NCBI GenBank assembly: GCA_015680685.1
Contig: MNCI01002198.1
Coordinates: forward strand, 390,652 to 454,651
Direction: 5' to 3'
DNA: 64,000 nucleotides
Source: Gnetum montanum
Taxonomy: Eukaryota; Plantae; Gnetophyta
The notes under the pieces were generated by a model, which was not told where the DNA came from, did no database searches, and saw nothing but the letters and a program-made list of their open reading frames with translations. This document shows positions 36,302-48,600 of the stretch, piece by piece. The translations under genes were made by a program, and so were the position numbers. The stretch's first letter is position 1, and each line of letters begins with the position of its first letter.

Positions 36302-39300
36302 TCAGACATAGTATGGCTTGAGGTACAAGTGGTTCATGGGATTTGCAAACTCATTGCCATCCATATCAGCTAGCTTGAAGGCCTCATTCTCATAGGCTTT
36401 CGTGACTATGAATGGACCTTCCCAGTTTGCTGAGAACTTGTTTACATGTTCACAAATAGCCTTGAGGACTAGGTCTCCCTTTTTGATCTACCATTGATGT
36501 AGATTGCAATGGTGCTTTTACCACTGCTTGTCCTAGTGCCATTCAATGCGATCAAGTATTTGGGCATGCTCCTCCTCTACGGAGTTAATGTTAATGATCC
36601 TTGACTCATTATTTTGGGCCTCATTCATGATGCTTGAAAGGATCATTTGAAGTGATGGTACTTGAAATTCAAGAGGTAACACTGCTTTAGATCCATAAAT
36701 AAGGCTATAAGAAGTTTTACCTGAAGCCGTTTTGCATGTCGTGCGGTAAGCCCACAACATGTAGAGGATTTGCTCATGCCATCACCTCTTGTTGTTGCTA
36801 AGAATCCTTTTGAGCAAGTTGATGATGGCCTTGTTTGTTGCCTTTGCCTGACCATTTTCCTATGGGTAGTATGGCAATGAAAACAAGTGCTTGATGCCAA
36901 GGTTTTGACAAAAGGTTTTGGTTTCCGTGCTACTAAATTGTGGCCTGTTGTTTGTCACAATAGTCATGGGAAGACCAAAAATTGTTACTATGTTACCTAG
37001 GATAAAGTGGTAAACCTGTTGAGATGTAGTTTTCCTTAGGGGAATAGCCTCCACCCACTTTGTAAAGTACTTGGTGGTAGTGATGATGAAGCTGTGTGCT
37101 GCAGAAGACTTAGGCATGATGGGTCCTATGATGTCTAGTCCCCATCGTTGGAATGGCCATGTGATCTACGTAGGATGTAATTCAATAGGCAACACTTGTA
37201 TGAGATTTGCATGGCGTCGACATACATCACACGTCCTAACTTTGGCAAGGAAATCTTATTCAATGCAAGGCTAGTAGTACTTTAGGTGTCTAATTTTCAT
37301 TGCCATAGCCCTAGGGGCCATGTGTCCTCCACAAAATCCTTCATGGACTTTGTTAACAATTTTTTGCACTTCTTCCCCACCAATGCAAGTTAGTAATATC
37401 CCATCAAAGGAGCGTTTGCATAAAGTGTTATCTTCTATGAGGACATATTGCCATGCTTGCTTTTGGATTGCATCCTTTTGGATGATGCTAAGCCATGCAG
37501 GGGTTTGTTGTGTTGAAGATAAGCTTTGACGTTAGTGTACCACTCTTGAATACCAGTTGTGCTTACAGATGCGATGTGTACTACTTGAGTAATGGGATCT
37601 GTGCATTCTATCATTGAAGTGGGTAAAGTTGCAAATAGATGCGGTGGCACATTCAATGCTAACATGGCTAGTGCATCTACTATAGTGTTCTCATTGCAAG
37701 GCACGTTGTTGTAAATTGTTTCAGAAAACTCTTGGCCAAGTTGCAATAAGGTTGTAAGTGTGAAGCTTTACAGGCATAGACTTCTGTAATCTGGTTGATG
37801 ACAAGTTGGGAATCGCCTTGGACTGCCAAATGTTGAATCTTTAGTTCTCAGGCTGCTAAGAGGCCCCTGAGGAGTCCTTTGTACTCAGCTACATTGTTCA
37901 TACAAAGGAATGTAAAGTGGTAAGAAAAAGGTCGAATATCCCTAGAGGGGAATGTAATGATGGAAGCAGCACTACCACCTTGCATAGTTGAGGCACTGTT
38001 GAAATGCAAAGTAGCTTCAAAGTGTAATGGCATAGGATTTATGTTGTTGACATGTTCGTCGGGGAACTCTAGCTCTATCGTTGCTTGATCATCGATGTGT
38101 GAGGTTGTGAGCTGTGTAGCTATTGCTTGTCCCTTTATCGATGATTGGGCAACATAATGCAAATTGAATTTTGCCGTTATAGCTTTCCATTGGGCTATCC
38201 TACTCCACTTGTATAAATTGTTTGTGATAGCTTGAAGTACATTACTCTTGCATATGATGTTAACTTTATTGCGGAAGAGGTAATGTCTCCATTTTTTTAG
38301 TGTAAACATTAGGGCGAGACAATTTCTTTCTACTTCGTTATACTTTGCCTCATAAGATATTAGTGCATGGCTCAAGTAATAAATCAGGATTTTAGAGTCT
38401 TCATCTTTCTTCTGACATTACAACACTGCAATAGATGTGTTCAAGGTAGCAAGCTAGATGTAGAAAGGCTTATCCCTCTATGGTGGGTAAATAGTTGGGA
38501 GGTGCAAAAGCTCTTTCTTTAGATTATCAAAGGCTTATTGACATTGTTCTATCCACTCAAAGTTGACCCCCTTTTTAAGTAAGTGTTGCATGGGGTGTAA
38601 TTTTTCTATCAACTTCGCGATAAAACTCCAGATAAACTGTACTCTGCCTTGCAACCCGCACAACTCTTTAAGGTTCGTAGGTGGTGCTAAGTTGATGATA
38701 GCCCTTACCTTGTCGGGGTCCACTCGTATCCCTGCCTTTGACACTACAAACCCTAGCATGCATCTTGTTTTAACTTCAAAAATACATTTCCTTAGGTTGA
38801 GACGCAAGTCATGCCTGTGACAACGTTTGAGAAAAATATCTAGATCATTGGGATGATCAATAGCTTCGTTAGACTTGACTGCTATATCATCCATGTAATT
38901 GTTTAATTTCTCCAAGAGGTAGTCACTGAAAATGTATGTCATGGCTCATTGATAGGTTGCTCCAGTGTTTTTTAGTCCAAAAGACATCATGGTGTAACAA
39001 AAGGTTCCCCAAGGGGTCATGAAAGTAGTTGTTAACTGATGCTCTGGGTTGATGTGGATTGGGTTGTAACATGAGAACCCATCCATAAAGGATAGTAACG
39101 CATGACTAGTCGTAGTGTCTATGAGTTGATCGATGCTTTATAATGGGAAATCATCTTTAATCATTGCTTTGTTCAAATCTCGAAAGTCTATACAAATTCG
39201 TATACCTTCCATTTTCTTAGAAACTACAACGATGTTTAACACCCACCTGAGTAATTGACTGCATGAATGAAACTAGCTTGATATAGCTCAGTGATTTCAT

Positions 39301-39760
39301 CACATACAACTAGTGGGATTTTTGATTTGATTTTATGAGCCTTTTGCTTGACTACCTTGATACGCGGGTCTAAGACAATGTTATGCTGTATGAGCTGTGG
39401 GTCTAGGCTCGACATGTCATCATAGGACCACACAAACACTTTAACATTATCTTGGAGAACCTTAGATATGTATTTTTGCATTTGTGGATCTAGGAGGGAG
39501 CTAACTTTTAATGTCTTCATTTCCCCCCTAGATATAGTTACAGGTGTTTCAATAAGAGGGTCTTCAATCACATCCCCAACCTCTAGGTCTAAGGCTTAGA
39601 CCAGATGTTTGGGCCAATTTAGGAATGTTTCCAAGGACGCTATAGTGTTGTCAGTAGATAATTTCCAATCTATCGATTCTAAGTGTAGGTGTCTTATGAG
39701 CCTACCATGAGGGCCTATCAGGGTCAAAAGTGAATGAAGATCAACATGCATGGCCATTTT
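36302..39760 (-). pseudogene. Tat pol: RT, RNase H, additional archaeal-type RNase H (aRH) and integrase, with stops and frameshifts
   Basis: RICIDFRDLNKA, YMDDIAV, YNEVERNCLAL (RH), LHFNSAS...NNVAEYKGL and GDSQLVINQ (aRH), GHMAP, WGLDIIGP, YFTKWVEAIPL, NWEGPFIV (INT). Confidence 0.92.
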
Positions 39761-40140
39761 TGTTAAACCTACCATAATAAGAAAAAAGACCAAGTCAAGT
39801 GATACCTGTTTGAAGCAACAACATATAATGAATGTTTGTAAAGCTATAGTGCAACATGAAATAGTTGTCAACTACTATGCAAAGTTTGCAAGTTGCCAGT
39901 TTAAGGTATTAGCAGACTATCATTAGGCTACACTGTAGGTTAACATCCCATGTAATATTTTGTAAATCAGAATTACTAGTTTAAGGTCTTAGTGGACCGT
40001 GGTGTAATATTTGATGGGCCCACTTACTATGCTACCAATGAGTGTTACATTGTAATGAGATTTCGCTATAGTAGCGTTATGCTACAGGGGTGTCCTGCAT
40101 TACTCGAGGTATGAAAATGATAATTTTTTAGGGCGTTGGC

Positions 40141-40147
40141 TATAAAT
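40141..40147 (+). promoter_or_regulatory. TATA box of the antisense accessory gene
   Basis: TATAAAT 145 bp upstream of an ATG in the plant consensus context AACAATGGC (40286). Confidence 0.6.
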
Positions 40148-40285
40148 AGGGGATTACCCCTTGGTATACTTGTCATTTTCATTGTCAGAGCCTAGAGCCC
40201 ATACTTAGAGCGTAGTGCGGTCACATAGAGAGAGAGTGAACAGGTGTAGCATAGCAGCTGGTATGACTGATTCGTGAGCACAACA

Positions 40286-43200
40286 ATGGCATGCAAGGGC
40301 GAACGCAAGCATAAGGGACTTGCCAAGGTAGATAAGGTGAAGGAGACCCTGGAATGCCTCTCCAAGGTGAGTGTTGAGGTGGGGAAGAAGGTTCCATCTA
40401 CTCGGTAAGTCGCTACACTATCCTTGCTTCCATTAGGTGACGTATCAGATTAGATTGTCATTGCCATTACTGTCATCATTTTTGCAACTATTGCCACCAT
40501 TTTTGTTTGCTGTTTTGGCCGTTATGCTGTGGTTGTTGCTACTATGGCTGCAGTGGTGTATGGGTGTTATGCTATAGTTGCATGCGGTACCGCCCTACCA
40601 TTGTTATTAAAAATAGTTATTGTGTAATCGCAGGGGTTTGGGTAGTTTTGGACGATGTAGCATATGCTCGACATAGTGTGCTATCCTTAGGAGGGTTTGT
40701 TTGTTTGCCAAGTTTTTGCGGTAGCATGACACACATTTGGTGTAGCGTAGCATGAGCTATTTTATGTTATAGGATTGGGACAATGAGACATTGTGAATTC
40801 CATTTCATCTGCATTGTTAAGGTTGTAATATTTTTATTATCGTTACACTACGCCATCATGTTGTGAGGCCCTGAGGTCGTTATATTTGTGATCTGTCACA
40901 TTGCTATGCTATTAAACCTGTAACACTGCTACATTGTTAAATTTTTTGCACTATCAAATTTGCTATGCTGCAATGCTTGTTACAGTGGTCTGTTCGCTAT
41001 ATTGTTACATGTCTGCTTACACTTGTTCATTTACTATGTTACATGCCATGCATTCGTCTTGCTATGCTGCGCATTTCACAACCATCACTCTTATACAAGA
41101 GTGTAACTTTTACGCTACATGTCTTCTACATGGCGTTGTGTACCATGTAACTGTTATCGTAGGATACATCCGCTGTTGTTATGCTATACGTGGCTTGATG
41201 GCTACGCTACGCTACAAGTGACATTTTGTTATGTTTCCTCTAATGTTTAACTTTATTTTATGCTAAAGAGAAATTTGTAACTAGGGCATCATGCTACGCT
41301 ACATGTAAAGAGAGGGTCACACTATGCTATACAAGTAATCATCACTTGAATCACAATGCTAACGTTTAGATGCCTTGTCATGTGAGGTCATGTTGAAATC
41401 CATCCTGATCATTCTTGAACTTGTAGGAGTTTTGTGCTACCTTAGTGAACCTATGAACAATGTCCCTCCTCCCCATGCACGCATGGGGCAGCAGGCAGTT
41501 TGGTTTCGTGAGGGTGCATGGGACTTTCTACAGTTCCTCCTCTGCCACTTTAGTGTGATCATGTGGTCACACCTATCGACCGAGACAACCATTGTAATTA
41601 CAAAAACATTATTGCCCAGGGTGAACCGGGGCATTCTAAAATTCTTAGTTGATGGGCCAATTGGGAGCAAAAGGGCAGGAAGCTCCAACCAGTTTCCAAG
41701 AGGCTTAAGGTGCTTGAGTTGGATCTGGATGATGCTTGAGTACAGATGCTATCATTTATACAACATGCTATACATTGCCCATCACATGGGCACTTACTTT
41801 CAGAACCCACCTGGGAAAGTTTACTATGCTGACAGGTAAGTCTTGTAAATGTATCTTAACGCTTTGTATGATTTTCATTACACTAGACAAAGGATGCTTA
41901 CTATATTCTTGTATATTACCAGGTTTTAAATTGATGAAGGTGGCCTTCACAGTAATACAGATGCATTGGCGGTGGCCCAGAGGGCCCTGCAAGAGTTCAC
42001 CTCCACTGGGAACATGTGTGCTGATGTCATATAACAACTTGGATTTGAATTCAAAAGCTATCCAACCAAGTATTCCAAATTCTATGAGAAGTGTAAGGAA
42101 GCTAGCTAGTTAGATAGTGAATGGGCATCACACTAATCGATTACCGTTGATGACGTTCAGGTGGAACTTCCACTGTTCCCTATGTCGTTCAAATATGGTA
42201 CGTTGTTATGCTCAAATAATGATGTACTTTTTTTTTGTGTTTTATGCTAACCTCTTTTTTTTCTTTGTTTACTGTTAACTATTGTAGTAGCGAAGGAGTC
42301 CCAAGAGGTCACTGTGGTCACCTCCGGGCATAACGATACCAACCTCTTCTTCAAGTATGGAGAGGTGGAGGAGATGCAACGTTGGCTCTATTATGGGGAC
42401 CCAGCCATCCTTGTTCATAACCTTCAAGAGGCTAGGCTCATGGACTTATTCCTATCCGTAAACCTGAATTTCTCGGCTACCAAAATGCTTTCCCTAGCCG
42501 ATTCTTTCACTGAGAAGGCTGAGTGCTTCCACACACATGTTCACAATGTGCATGTGATATTTGAAATTAATGACTAACTATTTGTAGATCTTTTTGGTGT
42601 CCTGTCTGATGGTCTCCTTGTAGGAGAAAAATATAAGAAATATGTGAACCATTATGGGGACATTGAGGAATGGCTAGGGATGACTAAGGATCGAAAGGGG
42701 ATCTACATTGAGAAGTTCAGGCTGAAGGTGGTTAAAATAATTTACCCTATCTTCTGTGCCTGTGCTTTCCCCAAGCTACTCTCCCAAGGGAAAATCCTTG
42801 GAGTGGAGCAAGCTTGGATAATGAGGGAGGTCATGGAAGAAGGGACTCACTATAACTAGGCGAAGTACCTCTCTGAAGGCTTGTAGGCTGAAATGGTCAA
42901 ACTTCATGAGAAGCTTGAGTCCTGTTTCAACGTACACTACGTCTTCTTTGTAGCTTGCTTGTGATGCTTTGCTAAATTCCTGGTAGTCTATGAGAATGAT
43001 GTCTAGGTATAGCAAGATCATAACTAGATATCGAAGCCATGGATTTGCCAGGTTTTCTGCACCACTCGATCCCAAGACCATCCAGAAGCTATTGGGGAAT
43101 CATTTTCAATAATGACAAGGGATTGGGTGGGACGTACCTTTCATGGCTAGGACAGCATGTTAGAGGTTCCCCCCATCAACACAAGAAATGCATTAAAGGG

Positions 43201-45057
43201 GAAGCATCTCATTACAAGAACTATAAGGACCAAGTTGCAATGTAAGAGATCTCGTCCTGTCGAAGAGACTCCCTACATAGATGAAGGAAAAGGGAAGAAA
43301 CTGCGAATCAAAGTTCACAGAGTGCAACCCCTGGTTGGTGAGTATGCCAAAATTATTTTTTAGCATAGCGCTTGTTATGCTATGCCACGCTATATAGCGT
43401 TGTGTAGCGTGGTGCCTGTTTCAAGTTGGGATATTTTGCTAACTACGATTATGTTCTATGAGGAGCAGAAGAAGAAAGGGAAGAAGAGGTTTTGGCTCCT
43501 GGAGTAGGGGCACCTGCTAAAGGGGAGGAGGAAAAGGCCTTGGCGATGAAAGAAGAGGCTCTTGATGATGAGGGAGAGGCCCTTGCTGATAACCCCTTCG
43601 CAAAAAATGCTTCTGTGCCCAAAAGGTAGATGAGTGTTGAGGATGCTGTCGTACTTTTAAGTTAGTTGGAAAGAGAGGGGATACAATTGGATGCTATTGA
43701 GTTTGACTAATTTCTTGATAGTTTCTTGATGGGCGATCCCTCACTATCACCCCCAAGGGTTTGCTGGGTAGGAGCTTTGCACTATCGTGTCATTTTCATC
43801 AACTTTGTTGTTATCCTCTCTAACGTGGCTAACACATTTGTCGTGCAGTGGATACCATCATTGATGCCCCTGACCCTTCTTCTTCCATCCGTCTTTGTCC
43901 CTGGACCAAGAACCCTGACAAATTCACCTTCATAAAGGGAGTGGTTGATGACATGATTGATTGCTTAAAGAAGATTGATCTTGAGATCGGTACGCTACAA
44001 TTGCTACATTAGGCTGTTGCAGTTGTTAGTCCCCCTCTTTTTCTTTTATTTGTGTTACTGTGACTAATGTTCTTCCATGCATGACAACCTCCCATCTCAA
44101 GTGGGATCTTTGACAGGTCATTGAGGTCGATGCTGTGCCCGAACTTTCGCTAGAGATGATTGAGGTACCTCATCACATTTACGAAGAAGTAAGTAAATGT
44201 GCATTGTAATCAACATGCTTCTTATGGGAGTATAGGCATGTGAACCAGGACCTCTAGAAGAGGGTACAAAAACTCGAGAAAGAGAAGACTAACCTAACCA
44301 TGGAGGTGGAGTATCTTCGATCTAGGAATGAATTCCTGTTGGCCTGTGACACCGACAATGGTAGTTGGCACAAAGCTGTGATTGACTATGCTAGATATTG
44401 GATAGTCGTACAAAACAATAACCAGGCCAGTCATGAAATTATTCAACAACGTATGCAAATGGACCTCCTAGCATAGAAGAACCAGGATTGGAAAGACTAT
44501 AGCACCAATGTTTACGAATGGGGGCAAGCACATAAGAACCATAAACATATGTATAAGATGGAAAGTGCCACTTATCGTAAACAGTACCGGGATGCTGTTG
44601 TTGAATCACATACCCTTAAGTTGTTTCTTGATGTCATTGGTGCTTGCAGTGCTTATGAGAAATTCATGCAACAAGTGATGGAAAGTGAGTCTCCTGAAAG
44701 GAAGGTGACCCTACCTATCGAGGAGACCACCACCACCACTTTCTCCCCAGGACCACCCAGATGGATAGCCATGGAAAAGGGGAAGGTTGCAGCAAGCGCT
44801 AACCTAGGAGAGGGAAATTGGGCCAAACTCACTGAGGAGGAGATCTTGCGATGTATTGCTATCGGCATGGAATGAATACCCCCGAAATGGACATGGGGCC
44901 ATCTCAGGTTAGTCACCTTTTGTTACGTTATGACTTATTTTGTAAGAGTTTTTATTGTGTTTTGACTAACTGTTTTATTTTCTGCCTTATGCAAAATCCG
45001 AATGAAGATGCGGAACCTAGTGGGGCAAGAGATGGTGATGGAAATGAAGACCCATAG
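40286..45057 (+). pseudogene. Antisense multi-exon accessory gene of the Tat element: FCP1/NIF-like domain + PMD/Transposase_32-like domain + coiled coil. Best-supported exons: 40286-40404, 41370-41835, 41923-42197, 42288-43337; further exons to ~45057
   Basis: GT-AG introns 41836-41922 and 42198-42287 join ORFs 41375, 42314, 42644 and 43157 in one frame. Motifs: ILIILELVGVL, WFREGAWDFLQFLLCHFSVIMWS, LSWIW..Y...NMLYI......FQNPPG, HYN(W)AKYL. In-frame stops are mostly explicable as single C>T or G>A changes. Confidence 0.7.
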
Positions 45058-45219
45058 CGTGAATGACATAAAATTTCATTATTATTTTTGAATTCAATTA
45101 ATTTGTAAGCATTATTGATTAACAATGAATGAAGGACAAAAGTGAAAAAATTTATTTTATTTCGATTGATATATTTCATTTATTTTTTATCCTTTTGGGC
45201 TCCTTAAGAGCCTCTTGTT

Positions 45220-45500
45220 CTAGTTTAAGGCCATTTCGGGCCATTGCTCAATGAATATATATTTTTTAATATTTTCAATGTATTCTTTGTTTTCTTTTCT
45301 TTTTTACTCCATAGTAGTAAAATTACTAGTTTTAGGCCCTGGCGGGCTGTGATGGATAGTTTAGGGCCATTCTAGGCTGTCACTAGTTTTAGGCCATTTT
45401 GGGCCCTTGTAGTTTTAGGCCATTGCTAGTTTTAGGCCATTTCAGGCCATCGTAGGGTGATAAATAAAAGATTGCCAGTTTTAGGCCTTAGCAGGATGTG
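45220..45500. repeat. Array of ~7 TAGTTT(T/A)AGGCC-N6-GGC(C/T) units; related copies at ~39896 and ~39976
   Basis: ctagtttaaggccatttcgggcc, ctagttttaggccattttgggcc, ctagttttaggccatttcaggcc. Confidence 0.8.
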
Positions 45501-45664
45501 GTGTGATGCAAATAATGAATGTAATGTGAACAATGTAAACAATGAGGAAGATGCTAGCATAAACAATGAGTACAGAGCAAAGAATGTGAACAGTGGACGT
45601 ATCGTTGATGCAAGCGGTAATCATGGTGAAAGTAGTGAAGTAGTTACGCTAATGTAGGCAACGA

Positions 45665-48600
45665 TCATTCTCGCAGCTGCTTTCTAATCCATTGTGGGCT
45701 TGGTGATGCGTACGATTGAGGGGCCTTGTTATAATACTCCTTTATGTCATCGTCTATTGACTGAAAGGGTATCTCAGCCCATGTTGCTTCTTCGTTGGAA
45801 CTAGTTTCGACTTGTTTAGGTGCTTCAGTTTGAATGGGGGTTTGGTCTTTAGATATTTCAATCTCTGATCCTTGCTCCATTCCTACATTGTTTATGGCTC
45901 GGGGGGCCACTTCATCGCCATGAATTATCACTTCCCCTCCTGCATAGGGCAAGTGAATCTCCTCGTGTATTGGAGAGGAAATAGCCCTCAATTGGGCCAA
46001 CCACGATCTCCCCAGGATTAGGTTGAACCCAAGCATTTCTTATACCACTAAGAATACTGCGCTTGTGGGGAACTGGTCCCCTGCCACAAAGTTGATATGT
46101 ACAGTTCCTTTTACTAGCACAAGCACCCCATTAAATGATTTTAAGCAGTATGTTGTTGTGGGCTTGATTTGATCGACCAAGCCCAATTTTTCCACTATGG
46201 AAAAGGGGATGACATTAGTAGCGACCCCGTCATCAACATGTACCCTTTGGATCTTGCATTGACTGACCCAAATTGTGATGAATATGGATGCTATTGTTAC
46301 CTGACCCTTTTTAGGATCATCCTTAATGGACTCATCGAGGAATGTTAACTAAGATGGTTGTGGTTCCTCGGTTGTAGAGGGAAGCATAATAGCGTGAATC
46401 ACTTTCTTCTCTACCGACATGTTTTCATTGACTGGTATGGATGTTAACATGAGAACCATGGCCTTGCGATGCATAGTAGAAGTCATTACCAAGTCATACA
46501 GGGTCAAAGTTGTATTTTTCTATTTCAGAGCATGTTTAACTTGGGTGAGGGAATTGAATAGATCCTACCCACCATCTTTCCTATTACCCTTTTCCTCCTC
46601 CATTCATCCTAGAAGATGAATCTCCCAAGGAGGGGGAGCTTCAGGTTGAGGGTTTTTCTTTCTTAGATAGGATGGTGGCGATTGCTTCTGTGCAACATTA
46701 TCAGTTGTTGATGATGAGGGGACTATAGGCATCAAGGACAAGGGGGTAGGCTTGGGAGGACCTAAGGTGGTGCATTCCTTGACCATCTTGTTCGCCAAAT
46801 GCTCTTCCCATTTTTTTGAATGGGGGGGGGGGNGAGAGGGGCTGTAGGGCTATTTTAGTTGCTTGGCTCTATGTTGTAGGGGCACTTGAATGTTTTGACA
46901 CCTTAATGACAAACGTTGCTTGTGGTGTTGGTGTGGGCGGTGGTGTGGCTTTGAGCACAAAAGGTGCATGGGCAGATGTCTGAGGGGGAACCTTAAGGAT
47001 GAATGGTTGTTGCAAAATATTTTTTCCTGTTGTCAGTGTCGCCACACTACATTGAGGCACATGTACCATGAATGGTTGTTGTGGTGGTTCTGGGTTACTA
47101 TCAATGCCAATCGTGTTGATGGTATACCCTGCGTTGTTGGCATTGAGGGGGTCCTTGTAGACATGCATGAACTAGTTTTTAGGGCGAGCAAGACTACTGT
47201 TGTTCAAGACAAGGTTGCCTTGATTGATCATGCATTGAATATCATCTTTCAACGCTAGATAGTAGTCCATGTCATGACTTCATAGTTGATGGTAGTCACA
47301 GAACTGTTCCAGCTTGAAGTTCTTAGGAACTTACGGCTCATTGGGTGTGGCCAAGGAGGGGTTCCTAAGAAGTTCGCAATATTTCTTATGACATTTAATC
47401 GCTTCCTCTGACATCCACTTATGTTGAATATATCTAGCCCCCAATAGTTTCTTCAAGAGTTCTGAAGGCTTAACGGGTAAAGGAGTGTACTTGGAGCAAT
47501 CCTTGTGCTCGAAGTTGGATTTAGGCTGGGTTGACACCTTAGGTGCTGATGTTGAGGGTTGATCGGTGTTGCTTGAGCCGGATGTTGTTGCTGTGATCGC
47601 CTTTTTGTTGTTGCTATTTTTGGGTTTAGTATCGTTAGCCACATCGACCACCATGGCTATTTCAGCCTTACCCTTCTCTTTGTCCTTTTTGATATATGTG
47701 TTCTTGTATGTGACATAGGCTGGGTCTTTGCTAGCTTCGGCCACGTCTTGGATGCTCTTGGTCTAAGCGAAAGCTTGACTAAGGGAGCATGGGGCTAGGT
47801 AGTATAGCTTTGACTTAATGAAGTCATTTACCACCCCCTTGAAGATAGCCAACAAATGGGCCTCCATGATAGGCTCGTGTATCTCATTCAAGGTGATGCT
47901 CCAATGCTATATGAATCTTTACATAGACTCCAGCGGGTCTTGCTTGACGCTCATCAACTGGTCTAGCGTGACCTTCGATTTCAAGTTATACTTGAAACGG
48001 GTCATGAACTGACTCAACAGCTCCTCCAGAGTTGAGATGGAGGTGTGTGGGAGCATGCAGCACCAGTCCAAAGCCTTGCCTTTCAAGGACATGGCAAAGA
48101 CATGGATAATAGTGTGTGGCTATGGCTACAACAACAAAGATTCAAACCTAAACATTACCAAATGTGTGTTGGGATCACCGTCCCCATTGTATTTTGTCAA
48201 TTGGGGGAGTGGCATCATAGGGGGCAATGTGAGCATGGGGACGGCCAGGTTGATGGGATTTTCATGTAGAAATCCATGACCTGCACCGTGTTGGAATCGA
48301 TGACTTTGAGGCATTTAATTTCCTTAGTAAGGATTTTAATAAGTTGAAAATTTTGATCTAGACCCGGTGATGTTGTAGATGGTTGTGTGGCTGCTTGAGC
48401 AGCCATCATATGTGCTGATGGGGGTTGCAGTGTAGAGGTAGTGGCTTGGCCCATGGGGGGTGCTGTTGGTGCCACTCCTGTGAATGGTGTCACTTGGGCT
48501 ATCCACCAGCCAGTGGGTGGTGCCGTTGATGTGACGGTCATTGGTGGGGTTGTGGGGTTGATAGGTTACTTAGTTGGCGGGGTGGCCCATAGGCCTACAT

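Noticed and set aside
40286-45057. Antisense cassette as an ordinary functional host gene
   Set aside because: It lies between paired LTRs with a TSD, shares element-specific motifs and carries multiple in-frame stops like the rest of the element.
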